In this document: piece after piece, positions 55,801 through 63,697 of the stretch
Position numbering within the stretch: position 1 is the first letter of the stretch
How the letters are laid out: every line of letters begins with the position of its first letter
NCBI GenBank assembly: GCA_964188305.1
Contig: OZ076893.1
Reading direction: 5' to 3' (one strand)
DNA length: 64,000 bases
Source of the DNA: Podarcis bocagei
Lineage: Eukaryota
Made by a program: the position numbers and the translations under genes
Notes under the pieces: model-generated
The model's input: the letters and a program-made list of their open reading frames with translations, nothing else
What the model was told of the DNA's origin: nothing
Database searches by the model: none

Positions 55801-58800
55801 ATCCCCCTTCCTTTTGTCTGTCACAGAAGCTCAAGACAAGAAGAATGAGATATGGAGACATGAAAAAAACTTTAGCTGAAAGAAAGGAGCAGATAGGGAA
55901 GATTTTGCTTGGGCATTTTATTAATATTTTAAATAGTCATCTATGGAAGATATGAAATTTGGCAGCTAGGTTTAGAGACTGCCATAGTTCCTTATTTCAA
56001 AGGCAAGGCACAAGCCAAGAGGCAGAGCATGTTATAGAATGAGAAACATGAAAGCTGGACGCATTAACAGAGCCATACTTTTGACTCCTTACTCAGAAGC
56101 AAGCTCCTATTATGATCAACAGAACTTTCTCCCTAGTTTAGGATTTCAGCCGAATATAGTCTTCCCTTTACACATTCAAAAAGGCCCAACGCGGCAAAAA
56201 TTTGCACACCAACCAATGCAACAATTTTTAAAAACCTTTTTAAAAACAGCCACCAGGAACAGTTCACACAGGTTGGTATCCAGTCATTATCAAGGAGAGC
56301 TTCACATGGCTCAAAGTTACATTGTATAAATAGGCCCTTTGCCTAACAAGCACCCAGGTTAATTCTTGTCCCTGGCATATCACACATTATGAATCACTAG
56401 CCTTTCACAACAACAGTAATGTCAACTGCTGTCAATATTAAAACAAAATTGCTAATTCTTCGCTTGTCAAAACAAACAAGATAAATGATGATGGTCAAAG
56501 TATGTACAAGCTTTCGTTATACCAGACCTCTGAACTGTTGCTTCAAATCCAATAAATTAACTCAAGACATTCACTTCCATACAAGTTAACCTTAGTTTTG
56601 TCTTGCCTATTACTTTCTCTCTTATTTACTGGAACCAAAGAGCAATCAATATTTCTGTATCTCCATAGGGTACACAGCAAAGAACATAAGGCTAACTCTT
56701 TACCAGTACTGCAAACTGAAAGTCTATTGCACTTTGACAGAATAACTTAATATTGCTTTTAATGATGCAAAAAAAGGAAAACATTGCCCAATACAAACCT
56801 CCAGGAAGGTAAGATTCACTCGCCGTGTCGTCACCATCATCCCCATCTTCATCATCACGGCTCAGCAAGTTGTTGACTGCAAGATTTACATCAAGATTTG
56901 TCCGCTGGAGCTCTCTGATAATTACACTCCTAGATTTTCCTTGTAAAACAACTTGTGCCTATACAAAATAGAATGCATTTTAATCAATGTAACATGTTAC
57001 ACCACCCCAGGTAATATTCATCAACAGAAACAAACATTTCTGGAGTAGTAGAAGTCAACAATATACTCCATATAAGCATTTTGGATGCTAGTAAGTAATG
57101 TGAAGTCTCAGTAACTTCTGGCTGTGGAGCAGTTTATAAATCTGTAAAAATAAATATCTTTTGTTTATTTCTATTCTTTGCTGCTTAAACATTCCTTCGC
57201 TCCGCTCCACTCCACAGGCTACTTTTAAAGAGGCTACCGATGTTCCTTTTTGGGGACATCCTTAATAATAACTTTCTTATACCCAGTCTTCCAGAAACAA
57301 GCCTCCAGCAAAGACATGAAGGATTCACGCCATCCTCGCCTCAAAGCTCATGGCACACAGTGTATATATATATGGATGATTCAGGACTCCTCTCTAAGTA
57401 GGTGAAAGGAGTGAGATTCTGACCCCTGCCAAGCCAAACCTCTGCACCCCCTTGCCAGGAGAATGGGCATACTAACAGCAGCTGTTTATTTACATTCAAA
57501 TCATGCTAGACAGGTAACAAATGTGAGAACATGGTCCAGAATTTGGAAGAATCATCTCCTACCACATGAAACATTTGCTCAAATTGCCAAGGGAGGCCCT
57601 TCTGCTCATGTGGCTTCAGAGGTGAGGCTGGCTGGGGTGCAAGGAAGTGAGTTCACCATAGCAGTGCCCAGAATAAAAACTTATGCAACATTTGGGGGAA
57701 AAACTGTGGTTCAGGGAGGCTTTTGGTCTAAGAGGCTGGAGATATTTCATCTGACATATTTTTACCTGACACATTATTTATTTTGGATATTTGCTGTTTG
57801 GTTTTTTAAAGTATGATTATATAGTAGTTTATTTTTGATGATGTATGTCATCTCAGTAACTTGGTACAGATACGGCAAGGATAAATATCCTGCCAGATAA
57901 AAATGATTTTCAGAGACTGTTGTGCTTCTCTTTTTCTTGGCTATATTGAATATGTCAGCCAGCGTGTGTCATATAGCACAAAGTCTGCCTCTTATAAATA
58001 TTCTAAAACTAAGAAATTAGAAAAGCGATTATCAATTTACAAGGAAGATGTGAATTTACCATTACAGAATATTAGTTAACAACTTAATGTGAATAAAATC
58101 AAAGTGTTCTGGTGCCCAGGTGGGGGTGGAGGAAGAGACCAATAGAAAGAAAGCGTAAAAATAATACAAACGTGTGCAGTGTCTGAAGAAATTTACCCAC
58201 AGGCATTATAGGAAACAGAACGTAATCTCAGAGCAATTATCAATTATCCCTGGGAGTCCAGGGCCAATTAAACTAGTCTCAAAGGCCTGAACAACAAGCT
58301 CCACCACCTTTACACAATACTAAAGAAATACTAACCAACTAACCTACTTTTAAAATTACTGCTAACCCTCATGTCAATGGAAATTGTTCCTTCTCAATAA
58401 TCTGTAGTCTGCCAGCTAATCTTTAGAGAATAGTCAACACAAATGTTTTTTTTCAAATGTTCAAACAATAAGTGACTTGCATTATGGGTGGTGTTTATTT
58501 CTTTATTCACTGAAATTTGGGCCAGGTGTTTTTCAAAGGCTGACTCAAAATATTTCAGTCCCAGGACCACAAACCAAAATGTGCTCACAGTCAACCTTAG
58601 CTTTACATGAATCTGATGCAGATACTCTGCCTTTTCTCATGTTTCCAAACATTGTGAACGTCTAAGGGCATGGAAGCATTCCATCTTCCTCCAATATATA
58701 TACACATATATGTAAGAAACTTGCAAAATAAAGAAATAAGCAAGCATCTCCCAGTTACTCATTTTCCACAAATTTGAAATATTTCATCACAAGAAAGATT

Positions 58801-61800
58801 CATACCTGTGAAATGAGTTCTTCTGGAATAACAGACGCTGGAATCACTGGCTGGGGCTGACTACCCAAGAGCCCAGAGCCTCTATCACGTCCTGTTCGAA
58901 TAACTCGCGTTTGCCTCCTGGAATCTCTAGCTCCAGCTGATGATCTACCAGAGGATCCTCCTCCGCTTCCTCCGACACCCGAGCTCCAGCGACTCCTGAG
59001 GAATTTTAAAAACGGCAATAGATTTATGTGTTTGAGCTATTTTACGAGCTATCATGTATCTGAATTTAACTGTTGACTACAGTACACTAGCCATGTGATT
59101 CACTAGCATTTTAAAATGAAGCTAGAATGCTTGAGACAATGGCATCTTTTCTGTACAGCAGTTTTGCAAATGCAATTTCTTTAAAAGACTCCAAAGAATA
59201 TAAATTCACAAGCTAGTTTGCATTAAGATGAACTTCTTTACTTTCAGCTTTTATTTTTATTCTACATTCCAGCCAACTTCTGAAATTATTAACAATGAAA
59301 TCATTGCATACATGTGCAAAAGATCAATATGCTTATGTTTTCATATCCAAGAGCCATACGTTCTGAGTTACAGAATCAGACTGCTACACTACAAATAATT
59401 AAAACAGAACTCCCCCTATTAAATATGACATTTTCTATGTAAAATGTTTAAATACTACCACATCTTAATGGCCATATATTGGTTAAAATTATAAATTGCT
59501 TCAGAAATAGTAATCCTTCCAGTAAATATCTCCTTTGGAAGAAAGGGCACAATATAAATATCTTTACCAATAATAAGAGGTAATTTATTTTGAAATATTT
59601 GTATTAGTGGAAATGTAGGATATTATTTATGCTTTTTTTTCTTTTTCTAGGCTGAAGATAGGGCTTGTTTTGATATAATGTTTTATTAACTAAATACACT
59701 TGGCACACTCCAAATGTGAGGCTGTTCAGATATCTTGAAATTGAAGTAATGAACCATTCTTGAGAAGATACTAACAATTGTTGCTGATGTGACACAAATG
59801 CAGCAGGTTTAACTAGAAATCCTCTGTTTACTTCTAAATCATGCTAGCTTTCTTCAACAACATAAATAACAAATATGTCCGAATACAGGTCATGACACAC
59901 ATGGAGATATTTTTCCTACAAATGTTTTAATTTGTATTTTTAATTTTAGTCCCGTACTACAAAGCAGATTCATGCGACATTTTGAGTCAATTATGTTCCC
60001 CTAAAATGAAGTCATTGTTATTCAGGAAAAAAATCTAAAAGGACTACCCACAGTAGCAGACATGTTTTTATTACGGTTAAAGTAAATTAGATTGCTTGCA
60101 ATTATAGATTTAACATTCCAAACTTAACCGCTTAATAGCATTTTTCCAAAAAGCTAGCTAAACTACTTCTGCATTTCGGTGGTCTTATACATACGGGAGA
60201 CAATGTTATGTGTAGCCACACATAACCAAGTGCAAACAGATGGTAGCCTCAACCCTATCAAAACTTACCCAAGGGTGTTGCCTGCCAGTCTGCCCAGAGT
60301 TTCAGAACCAGACAGAAACCATGGGGAATCACTAGTTCTGCCTGGCCTGGATGTCCTTCCTGCCCCTGAGCCACTGCTCAACTTTGAACTGAAAGTAAAA
60401 GATGGTAGATCAGTCACAATACAATCCCAAATGGGTTACGAACAAAGCCTGGAATCCCAGGTTTAAATTATCAGGGACTTAGTCTGGTAACACACCAGCT
60501 TAAGCAACACCCTTGGGGAATCTTCCATACTTAGCTGCAGTATGTGATGCTCTAATATGAAAAAAGAAAAGGCATGTGAAGCATGCCTAATGAATTTGGT
60601 GGTTGACAAAATGATGTCCTACTAAAAAAAAAACAACAACTCAGTGTCAGGAATTATGGTAAGATTGTGAAGTATCTATATAAATGAATGAATATGCATT
60701 AGATTATAAATTAATATAATCGTGAGTTAATGTAATGCCCAAAAACCTGTTTAAACCAAACATTAAACATATCTGATAATAGTTCCCAAAAAATTAATTT
60801 TGAGTCAAGTAATAACAATGTAGATCCAGAAAACATACCCTAGCAAGTGGTAAATATGTAAAAATGTAATCTCAACCTTGAGCGATTACTGAAATAAATG
60901 ATCTGAAGTAACTCGTTATGGCACCTATATTTAGGATTGTAAGATTCCGATCTCATCATTTAATATAAAATAAGTCATTAGACTGGCCTTAATTTTGCTA
61001 AGGTCTGTACAGCCATTACCAGTTTGCTAAAGCAAGACACCCAAAATATGGTTCTCCCACCTCCCGTTTCCATTTTCAATTCTGTTGACGGTTCAGAATC
61101 AAAATACCAGGAGAAATTTGTTAGATACTTCTTAAATACACAACAAAAGTAGTTCTTACCCATCATTATTATCAGGTTTACCCAATTCCAATCTGTCTGG
61201 CTGAACTAAAAAGCCAATCCTGCAGACTCTACCATCCTAGATTTAAAAGAGAGAGTGTCCAATATTGAAACAATACTAAACTTTAATTATGTAAAAAAAT
61301 AAAAGTTTTCAGCTGTGGGTCAAGTTGGTCTAATTGAGATTGGGAAAACTATATTTAACTATATGAATTAAGTATCAGCACAATATTTTTCTCAAACGTA
61401 TTTTGAACAAATTACCTCAAGGAGAAATGCAGCATGATTTGGTCCCACCACACACTGTTTAATAGTGGCCTGCTCCAATACATTCAAAGGGGGGTGGCTG
61501 AAAACAGAAAGCAAGCATGGGTAACATTTTTAAAGACTCCTTAGCTCTGAGAAATAAACCAAGTGGCATATGGAATGTATAATGAATATAGCTGTAACAT
61601 CTGAAACTGATTAAAGATGAACATTAGTTGCAGCAACCCAATGTATTTTCAGCCATAAGACAAAAAAAGAACAAAATGTTAAAAGCCACCAGGGAACATT
61701 ATACTATATTTCAATAATGTATTTTCCAATACATATCTTTATGAAGCGGTGTTCCCCAAGTGCTATTTTCTGACAATAGCTGTGAAATATACAGCAGCAG

Positions 61801-62424
61801 CCAGTTTTAACCCTGCCTATGCACTTCAATTCATTTAAGTGCTAAACTCATTTTTAATGCTAAACTCCAATTATTATCATCATCACCAATACTGATTTAC
61901 TAACAACCGTCTTAGGTGATTTATACATAATTAAAAACAGTTAAGAACAGAAAAACAAACAAGACATTTAAAACAAGACAAAAAACCCCAAGATCAAATA
62001 ATTAATTTGGATACCAATGAAATACAAAACCACATCCACATGGCACTTTGACCATCACAAGTACATCAGGAGCTCTTCCTTTCTGCACTGACTTGGGCAA
62101 CAAGACTTAGGTAGTTAGGCAAGTAGCGGAACTAATGTAGAGACAAAGTTACTAATTCTGGAAATGGTGAATATGAACACTGAACAACTAAGCAGCTTTA
62201 TCCAACCTCAAGTCCTCCAATTTTGTTGGACTACAGTTCCCATCATTCCTTATCACTGGCCATACTAGCTAGGAATGATGGGTGCCACAGTCCAACAATA
62301 TTCTGGAGGACCCAAAGTTGGGGAAGGTTGCCCTAAAGTTACTCTTCCTTTGAAATTATAGCCTTTAACGCTATCTCACCTGTTTAAATTGTATTTGTTG
62401 AGTTTCTCTGAAACTTCCCTTAAC
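7601..62424 (-). CDS. UBR5: E3 ubiquitin-protein ligase UBR5 (EDD/hyd), spliced CDS exons 2-59, 5'-partial
   Basis: 58 exons translate near-identically to human UBR5 in collinear order with consistent phases: UBA, UBR-box zinc finger, MLLE/PABC and HECT domains, C-terminus ...KTKNFGFV*. Confidence 0.99.
8784..8869 (-). CDS. UBR5: UBR5 exon 58 (HECT)
   Basis: [28 protein letters not shown]; AG/GT flanks. Confidence 0.96.
9494..9638 (-). CDS. UBR5: UBR5 exon 57 (HECT)
   Basis: [18 protein letters not shown]...FNDES; AG/GT. Confidence 0.96.
10670..10783 (-). CDS. UBR5: UBR5 exon 56 (HECT)
   Basis: [38 protein letters not shown]; AG/GT. Confidence 0.96.
11001..11156 (-). CDS. UBR5: UBR5 exon 55 (HECT)
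   Basis: [19 protein letters not shown]...KEEGGGQ; AG/GT. Confidence 0.96.
11914..11998 (-). CDS. UBR5: UBR5 exon 54 (HECT)
   Basis: [28 protein letters not shown]; AG/GT. Confidence 0.96.
12107..12188. mobile_element. 82-bp Tc1/mariner (pogo/Tigger-like) MITE
   Basis: 23-bp TIRs CCGTATTTYTCCGTGTATAAGAC (1 mismatch), TA on both flanks. Confidence 0.85.
12322..12497 (-). CDS. UBR5: UBR5 exon 53
   Basis: [19 protein letters not shown]...LNCFRNIG; AG/GT. Confidence 0.95.
12798..12858 (-). CDS. UBR5: UBR5 exon 52
   Basis: [20 protein letters not shown]; AG/GT. Confidence 0.95.
13226..13356 (-). CDS. UBR5: UBR5 exon 51 (MLLE/PABC)
   Basis: [43 protein letters not shown]; AG/GT. Confidence 0.96.
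13757..13901 (-). CDS. UBR5: UBR5 exon 50 (MLLE/PABC start)
   Basis: [13 protein letters not shown]...[17 protein letters not shown]; AG/GT. Confidence 0.96.
14207..14321 (-). CDS. UBR5: UBR5 exon 49
   Basis: [37 protein letters not shown]; AG/GT. Confidence 0.95.
15136..15379 (-). CDS. UBR5: UBR5 exon 48
   Basis: [16 protein letters not shown]...[16 protein letters not shown]...NKGTHT; AG/GT. Confidence 0.96.
15624..15722 (-). CDS. UBR5: UBR5 exon 47
   Basis: [33 protein letters not shown]; AG/GT. Confidence 0.96.
15802..15922 (-). CDS. UBR5: UBR5 exon 46
   Basis: [40 protein letters not shown]; AG/GT. Confidence 0.96.
16360..16577 (-). CDS. UBR5: UBR5 exon 45
   Basis: [15 protein letters not shown]...GPPLTSF; AG/GT. 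Confidence 0.96.
17655..17768 (-). CDS. UBR5: UBR5 exon 44
   Basis: [38 protein letters not shown]; AG/GT. Confidence 0.96.
18364..18536 (-). CDS. UBR5: UBR5 exon 43
   Basis: [33 protein letters not shown]...DQPHLLQ; AG/GT. Confidence 0.96.
18728..18797 (-). mobile_element. L2-type LINE 3' tail
   Basis: TTTATTATTTATATGCTGCCCATCTG...ACTCTGGGCAGCTTCCAACA pattern. Confidence 0.5.
19880..19953 (-). CDS. UBR5: UBR5 exon 42
   Basis: [24 protein letters not shown]; AG/GT. Confidence 0.96.
20220..20541. repeat. Imperfect long inverted repeat (MITE/foldback), left arm interrupted by BovB
   Basis: 20220-20265 plus 20358-20390 is an imperfect reverse complement of 20465-20541 (AGTCACAGCTTCAT / ATGAAGCTGTGACT exact). 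Confidence 0.7.
20266..20351 (-). mobile_element. RTE-BovB LINE 3' end
   Basis: TTGTTGTTTAGTCGTGTCCGACTCTTTGTGACCCCATGGAC with (CAA)n tail; GTTCTT direct repeat at 20260-20265 and 20352-20357. Confidence 0.85.
21492..21722 (-). CDS. UBR5: UBR5 exon 41
   Basis: [23 protein letters not shown]...PQLERK; AG/GT. Confidence 0.96.
21979..22190 (-). CDS. UBR5: UBR5 exon 40
   Basis: [28 protein letters not shown]...RTLEGR; AG/GT. Confidence 0.96.
22553..22821 (-). CDS. UBR5: UBR5 exon 39
   Basis: [17 protein letters not shown]...YQDAVNLQ; AG/GT. Confidence 0.96.
23086..23343 (-). CDS. UBR5: UBR5 exon 38
   Basis: [17 protein letters not shown]...MQWAVRN...STSAPA; AG/GT. Confidence 0.96.
23905..24036 (-). 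CDS. UBR5: UBR5 exon 37
   Basis: [19 protein letters not shown]...TAGSEA; AG/GT. Confidence 0.96.
24570..24681 (-). CDS. UBR5: UBR5 exon 36 (acidic)
   Basis: [37 protein letters not shown]; AG/GT. Confidence 0.96.
25207..25263 (+). mobile_element. Degenerate Penelope-like pseudo-LTR tail remnant
   Basis: CTCTAAGGTACCAC...GCTAACATGG resembles CTTTAAGGTGCTAC...ACCAACACGG of 63938-63993. Confidence 0.35.
25439..25562 (-). CDS. UBR5: UBR5 exon 35
   Basis: [41 protein letters not shown]; AG/GT. Confidence 0.96.
26027..26266 (-). CDS. UBR5: UBR5 exon 34
   Basis: [26 protein letters not shown]...PSSDQSS; AG/GT. Confidence 0.96.
27551..27711 (-). CDS. UBR5: UBR5 exon 33
   Basis: [17 protein letters not shown]...EMASSKKK; AG/GT. 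Confidence 0.96.
27917..28046 (-). CDS. UBR5: UBR5 exon 32
   Basis: [43 protein letters not shown]; AG/GT. Confidence 0.96.
28161..28287 (-). CDS. UBR5: UBR5 exon 31
   Basis: [41 protein letters not shown]; AG/GT. Confidence 0.96.
28382..28500 (-). CDS. UBR5: UBR5 exon 30
   Basis: [39 protein letters not shown]; AG/GT. Confidence 0.96.
28594..28740 (-). CDS. UBR5: UBR5 exon 29 (UBR-box end; GC donor)
   Basis: [21 protein letters not shown]...TMPNS; donor AG|GCAAGT required to keep frame. Confidence 0.93.
29278..29369 (-). CDS. UBR5: UBR5 exon 28 (UBR-box)
   Basis: [30 protein letters not shown]; AG/GT. Confidence 0.97.
29778..29926 (-). CDS. UBR5: UBR5 exon 27 (UBR-box start)
   Basis: [18 protein letters not shown]...[15 protein letters not shown]; AG/GT. 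Confidence 0.95.
30501..30598 (-). CDS. UBR5: UBR5 exon 26
   Basis: [32 protein letters not shown]; AG/GT. Confidence 0.96.
30901..31024 (-). CDS. UBR5: UBR5 exon 25
   Basis: [40 protein letters not shown]; AG/GT. Confidence 0.96.
31446..31541 (-). CDS. UBR5: UBR5 exon 24
   Basis: [31 protein letters not shown]; AG/GT. Confidence 0.96.
31944..32095 (-). CDS. UBR5: UBR5 exon 23
   Basis: [22 protein letters not shown]...VPDPPAMDP; AG/GT. Confidence 0.96.
32483..32716 (+). mobile_element. tRNA-derived SINE (Squam3-like)
   Basis: A box TGGTGTAGTGG, B box GGTTCGCGTCT, GTGACCTTGGGC core, 3' GCCGCTTTGAGACTCCTTCGGGTAGTGATAAAG. Confidence 0.8.
32719..33003. mobile_element. 285-bp element with perfect 39-bp terminal inverted repeats enclosing a hammerhead motif
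   Basis: AGCAATGTATCAGATTCTTATCTGGTGAAAACAGGCTGA at 32719-32757 and its exact reverse complement at 32965-33003. Confidence 0.8.
32855..32915 (+). ncRNA. Type I hammerhead ribozyme-like motif, helix II degenerate
   Basis: TGTTGTG-CTGAAGA-AGAATTCCAC-GAAA; helix III ACAGTGG/TCACTGT; cleavage triplet GTT (32906-32908); helix I TGTTGTG/CACTACA 6 of 7 pairs. Confidence 0.7.
33612..33818 (-). mobile_element. tRNA-derived SINE (Squam2-like)
   Basis: Minus strand head TGTGGCTCAGTGATAGAGCAC...CCCTGGCATCTCCAG and tail TATAAGGCAGCTTCTCATGTTCCT. Confidence 0.75.
33913..34039 (-). CDS. UBR5: UBR5 exon 22
   Basis: [41 protein letters not shown]; AG/GT. Confidence 0.96.
34798..34867. repeat. (CTTT)n/(CT)n microsatellite
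   Basis: Direct observation. Confidence 0.9.
35490..35700 (-). CDS. UBR5: UBR5 exon 21
   Basis: [20 protein letters not shown]...SNKETKEEE; AG/GT. Confidence 0.96.
36795..36992 (-). CDS. UBR5: UBR5 exon 20
   Basis: [20 protein letters not shown]...IIMAVE; AG/GT. Confidence 0.96.
37175..37560 (-). mobile_element. Full-length Sauria SINE (Squam1)
   Basis: Minus strand GGGATGCGGGTGGCGCTGTGG (A box), GTTCGAATCC (B box), CAAGTAGATAAATAGGTACC, (TTTACC)n tail; TCCCTCCAGGT duplicated at 37164-37174 and 37557-37567. Confidence 0.92.
38098..38252 (-). CDS. UBR5: UBR5 exon 19
   Basis: [30 protein letters not shown]...IFTAGQ; AG/GT. Confidence 0.96.
38447..38558 (-). CDS. UBR5: UBR5 exon 18
   Basis: [37 protein letters not shown]; AG/GT. 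Confidence 0.96.
39224..39367 (-). CDS. UBR5: UBR5 exon 17
   Basis: [15 protein letters not shown]...[14 protein letters not shown]; AG/GT. Confidence 0.96.
39629..39741 (-). CDS. UBR5: UBR5 exon 16
   Basis: [37 protein letters not shown]; AG/GT. Confidence 0.96.
40061..40170 (-). CDS. UBR5: UBR5 exon 15
   Basis: [36 protein letters not shown]; AG/GT. Confidence 0.96.
40524..40852 (+). mobile_element. Sauria SINE (Squam1), slightly 5'-truncated
   Basis: B box GGTTCAAATC, CAAGTAGATAAATAGGTACC, CATGCTGGCCACATGACCC, tail CCCTTTACCTTTAC. Confidence 0.9.
40983..41167 (-). CDS. UBR5: UBR5 exon 14
   Basis: [16 protein letters not shown]...KASKTTEA; AG/GT. Confidence 0.96.
41381..41518. mobile_element. 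hAT-type MITE (GGACTACAACTCC family)
   Basis: Imperfect palindrome GTAGCCAAT...ATTGGCTAC; related copies at 45267-45404, 54438-54540, 62193-62330. Confidence 0.65.
41865..41982 (-). CDS. UBR5: UBR5 exon 13
   Basis: [39 protein letters not shown]; AG/GT. Confidence 0.96.
44553..44707 (-). CDS. UBR5: UBR5 exon 12
   Basis: [18 protein letters not shown]...[10 protein letters not shown]; AG/GT. Confidence 0.96.
45267..45404. mobile_element. hAT-type MITE
   Basis: CAGAGATGGCTACCCTGT...ACAGGATAGCCACCCCTG imperfect TIR; flanks CTTTATAT/CTTTACAC. Confidence 0.6.
45721..45831 (-). CDS. UBR5: UBR5 exon 11
   Basis: [37 protein letters not shown]; AG/GT. Confidence 0.95.
46572..46688 (-). CDS. UBR5: UBR5 exon 10
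   Basis: [39 protein letters not shown]; AG/GT. Confidence 0.96.
47761..47872 (+). mobile_element. CR1 LINE 3' end
   Basis: GGCAGGGGGTTGGACTCGATGGCC...TCCAACTCTATGATTCTATGATT octamer tail. Confidence 0.85.
48277..48375 (+). mobile_element. Degenerate Squam2-like SINE head
   Basis: TGTAGCTCAG...TTGCATGCGAGAGGTCCC...CCAGGTAGGACTG...CCCTGCCTGAAA. Confidence 0.55.
49366..49515 (-). CDS. UBR5: UBR5 exon 9, 5' portion lost in assembly gap
   Basis: [30 protein letters not shown]...LQWWPDK; GT donor; runs into Ns. Confidence 0.93.
49516..49671. other. Assembly gap (156 N)
   Basis: Direct observation. Confidence 1.
51721..51920. mobile_element. 200-bp hAT MITE
   Basis: 13-bp TIR CAGGGGTCAGCAA/TTGCTGACCCCTG; perfect 8-bp TSD ACCTAAAC at 51713-51720 and 51921-51928. 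Confidence 0.92.
52985..53134 (-). CDS. UBR5: UBR5 exon 8
   Basis: [49 protein letters not shown]; AG/GT. Confidence 0.96.
56799..56958 (-). CDS. UBR5: UBR5 exon 7 (UBA domain)
   Basis: [39 protein letters not shown]...SYLPG; AG/GT. Confidence 0.96.
57530..57790 (+). mobile_element. Degenerate L2 LINE ORF2 3' fragment
   Basis: KNHLLPHE...SEVRLAG...FTIAVPR resembles the L2 ORF2 C-terminus. Confidence 0.5.
58806..58995 (-). CDS. UBR5: UBR5 exon 6
   Basis: [19 protein letters not shown]...VIPEELISQ; AG/GT. Confidence 0.96.
60269..60388 (-). CDS. UBR5: UBR5 exon 5
   Basis: [39 protein letters not shown]; AG/GT. Confidence 0.96.
61160..61236 (-). CDS. UBR5: UBR5 exon 4
   Basis: [25 protein letters not shown]; AG/GT. 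Confidence 0.96.
61416..61497 (-). CDS. UBR5: UBR5 exon 3
   Basis: [27 protein letters not shown]; AG/GT. Confidence 0.96.
62193..62330. mobile_element. hAT-type MITE
   Basis: GTCCTCCA...GGACTACAGTTCCCATCATTCC...GGAATGATGGG...TGGAGGAC palindromic layout. Confidence 0.65.
62380..62424 (-). CDS. UBR5: UBR5 exon 2
   Basis: [14 protein letters not shown]; CAG acceptor, GTGAG donor, 45 bp. Confidence 0.96.
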
Positions 62425-62742
62425 CTGCAAGAGAAAACAAAGGATCTTTTAGCATTAATAAGTTTCAGTCAAAGCAACACATTTCTGACCAAAATTTACT
62501 TTGGCTATTAATATATCTATTTATAATGATACAACAAATGCTCATGGTGAGTGAAACCCCAGAACCAGATTAGTAGCTGAGATTTCCAGTCGTCAAGAGA
62601 CAGGTTCAGTTATGAATATTGTTCTAATTCTCTTCTATTTATATTCCACTGATTTTCTGTCTTGCAACCCAATACATGCGATTCCAATGCAATCACTCAT
62701 CCAGGTACTGAACAGAGCCAGATATGCTTAGTGTAAGCAAGG

Positions 62743-62961
62743 TACTGTGGTACCTTGGTTTACAACCATAATCTGTTCCGGAGGTCCAGTTGTAAACCAA
62801 AACAGCTTGTAACCCAAGGCATGCTTTCACCAATGGGGCCTCCCCAAAAAACGGGTTGTAATCCAAAAAAAGGACACACACTTCCAGGTTTGATGTAGTT
62901 GTAATCCAAAAAAGTTGTAATCCAAAACAGTTGTAATCCAAAACAGTTGCAAACCAAGGTA
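62743..62961. mobile_element. Tc1/mariner-type MITE with internal 16-bp tandem repeats, right end truncated
   Basis: TACCTTGGTTTACAAC vs GTTGCAAACCAAGGTA; repeats GTTGTAATCCAAAACA. Confidence 0.7.
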
Positions 62962-63139
62962 GAGGCCTCATGTGGCTTCAGACCATGACCTTCACAAATG
63001 CATAAATAGCATTTGGTTAGCAGCTTTAAAAATGGACTCATCTACCAGGGTTGCCGAGCACCCCTTTATGTCACCACTCTCCTAGCCAACATATTCTTTG
63101 CTCTTCTAGCTCTAGCACTCCATTATCTGTAGTTCTCCT

Positions 63140-63420
63140 GTGCCTCAAACTCTGCCCTTTTGCAGTGCCGGGTATCTGTCTGATGCCAACCTGACTTCCT
63201 TCAAATTCCTCCTCAAAGTCCACCTTTTGCATGAATTCTTTGTCAAAATCCCTTAGCTGCCATACTACTAAACTCAAGTACATACAACTGAAACAAGTGC
63301 ATGTTCTTCCCGTTTACTTTTACTTTGTCGTCGTCGTCCCTCACTTTCTGTGATAAACTTAAAGTGGTTTTAGAAGGGAGCCTGTCGTATTGTACTTTAC
63401 AAAGCACAATATAAATTCAA
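63140..63420 (+). mobile_element. Old L2 LINE 3' end
   Basis: CCTTCAAATTCCTCCTCAAAGTCCACCTTTTG (SFKxLLKxHL) followed by a TGTACTTTACAAAGCAC tail. Confidence 0.45.
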
Positions 63421-63669
63421 AGAATTTTATAAACAAGACAATATAAGAGCTGAACCATGGATATTTTCTGTTTTCTTCATTATGCACTGGTCTTCTTGCA
63501 TAAGTAACTTCAAACACACGATTTGCAAGGAGGTAAAGCATGTATAATGTACCCATCTTTCTTTTGGTTTGATCACACGATACACCAGCCTTTGCCAACT
63601 TGGTAGCCTCCAGGTGAGTGTTAGAAACTCAGATATATAAGCTGAACACCAAATGGCTCCTTAAGCTAA

Positions 63670-63697
63670 AAAGGTAAAGGTAAAGAACTCCTGGACA
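63670..63697 (-). mobile_element. Sauria SINE 3' tail, interrupted by the Penelope-like insertion
   Basis: AAAGGTAAAGGTAAAGAACTCCTGGACA matches the tail at ~37181-37206. Confidence 0.65.

Noticed and set aside
56505-56540. CGAAAGCTT on the minus strand (also ~45005-45030) resembling the 3' half of a minimal hammerhead
   Set aside because: No CTGANGA core upstream and no convincing helix II
62895-62961. Regularly repeated 16-mers resembling a CRISPR array
   Set aside because: Contiguous tandem repeats without spacers inside a eukaryotic MITE; no cas genes
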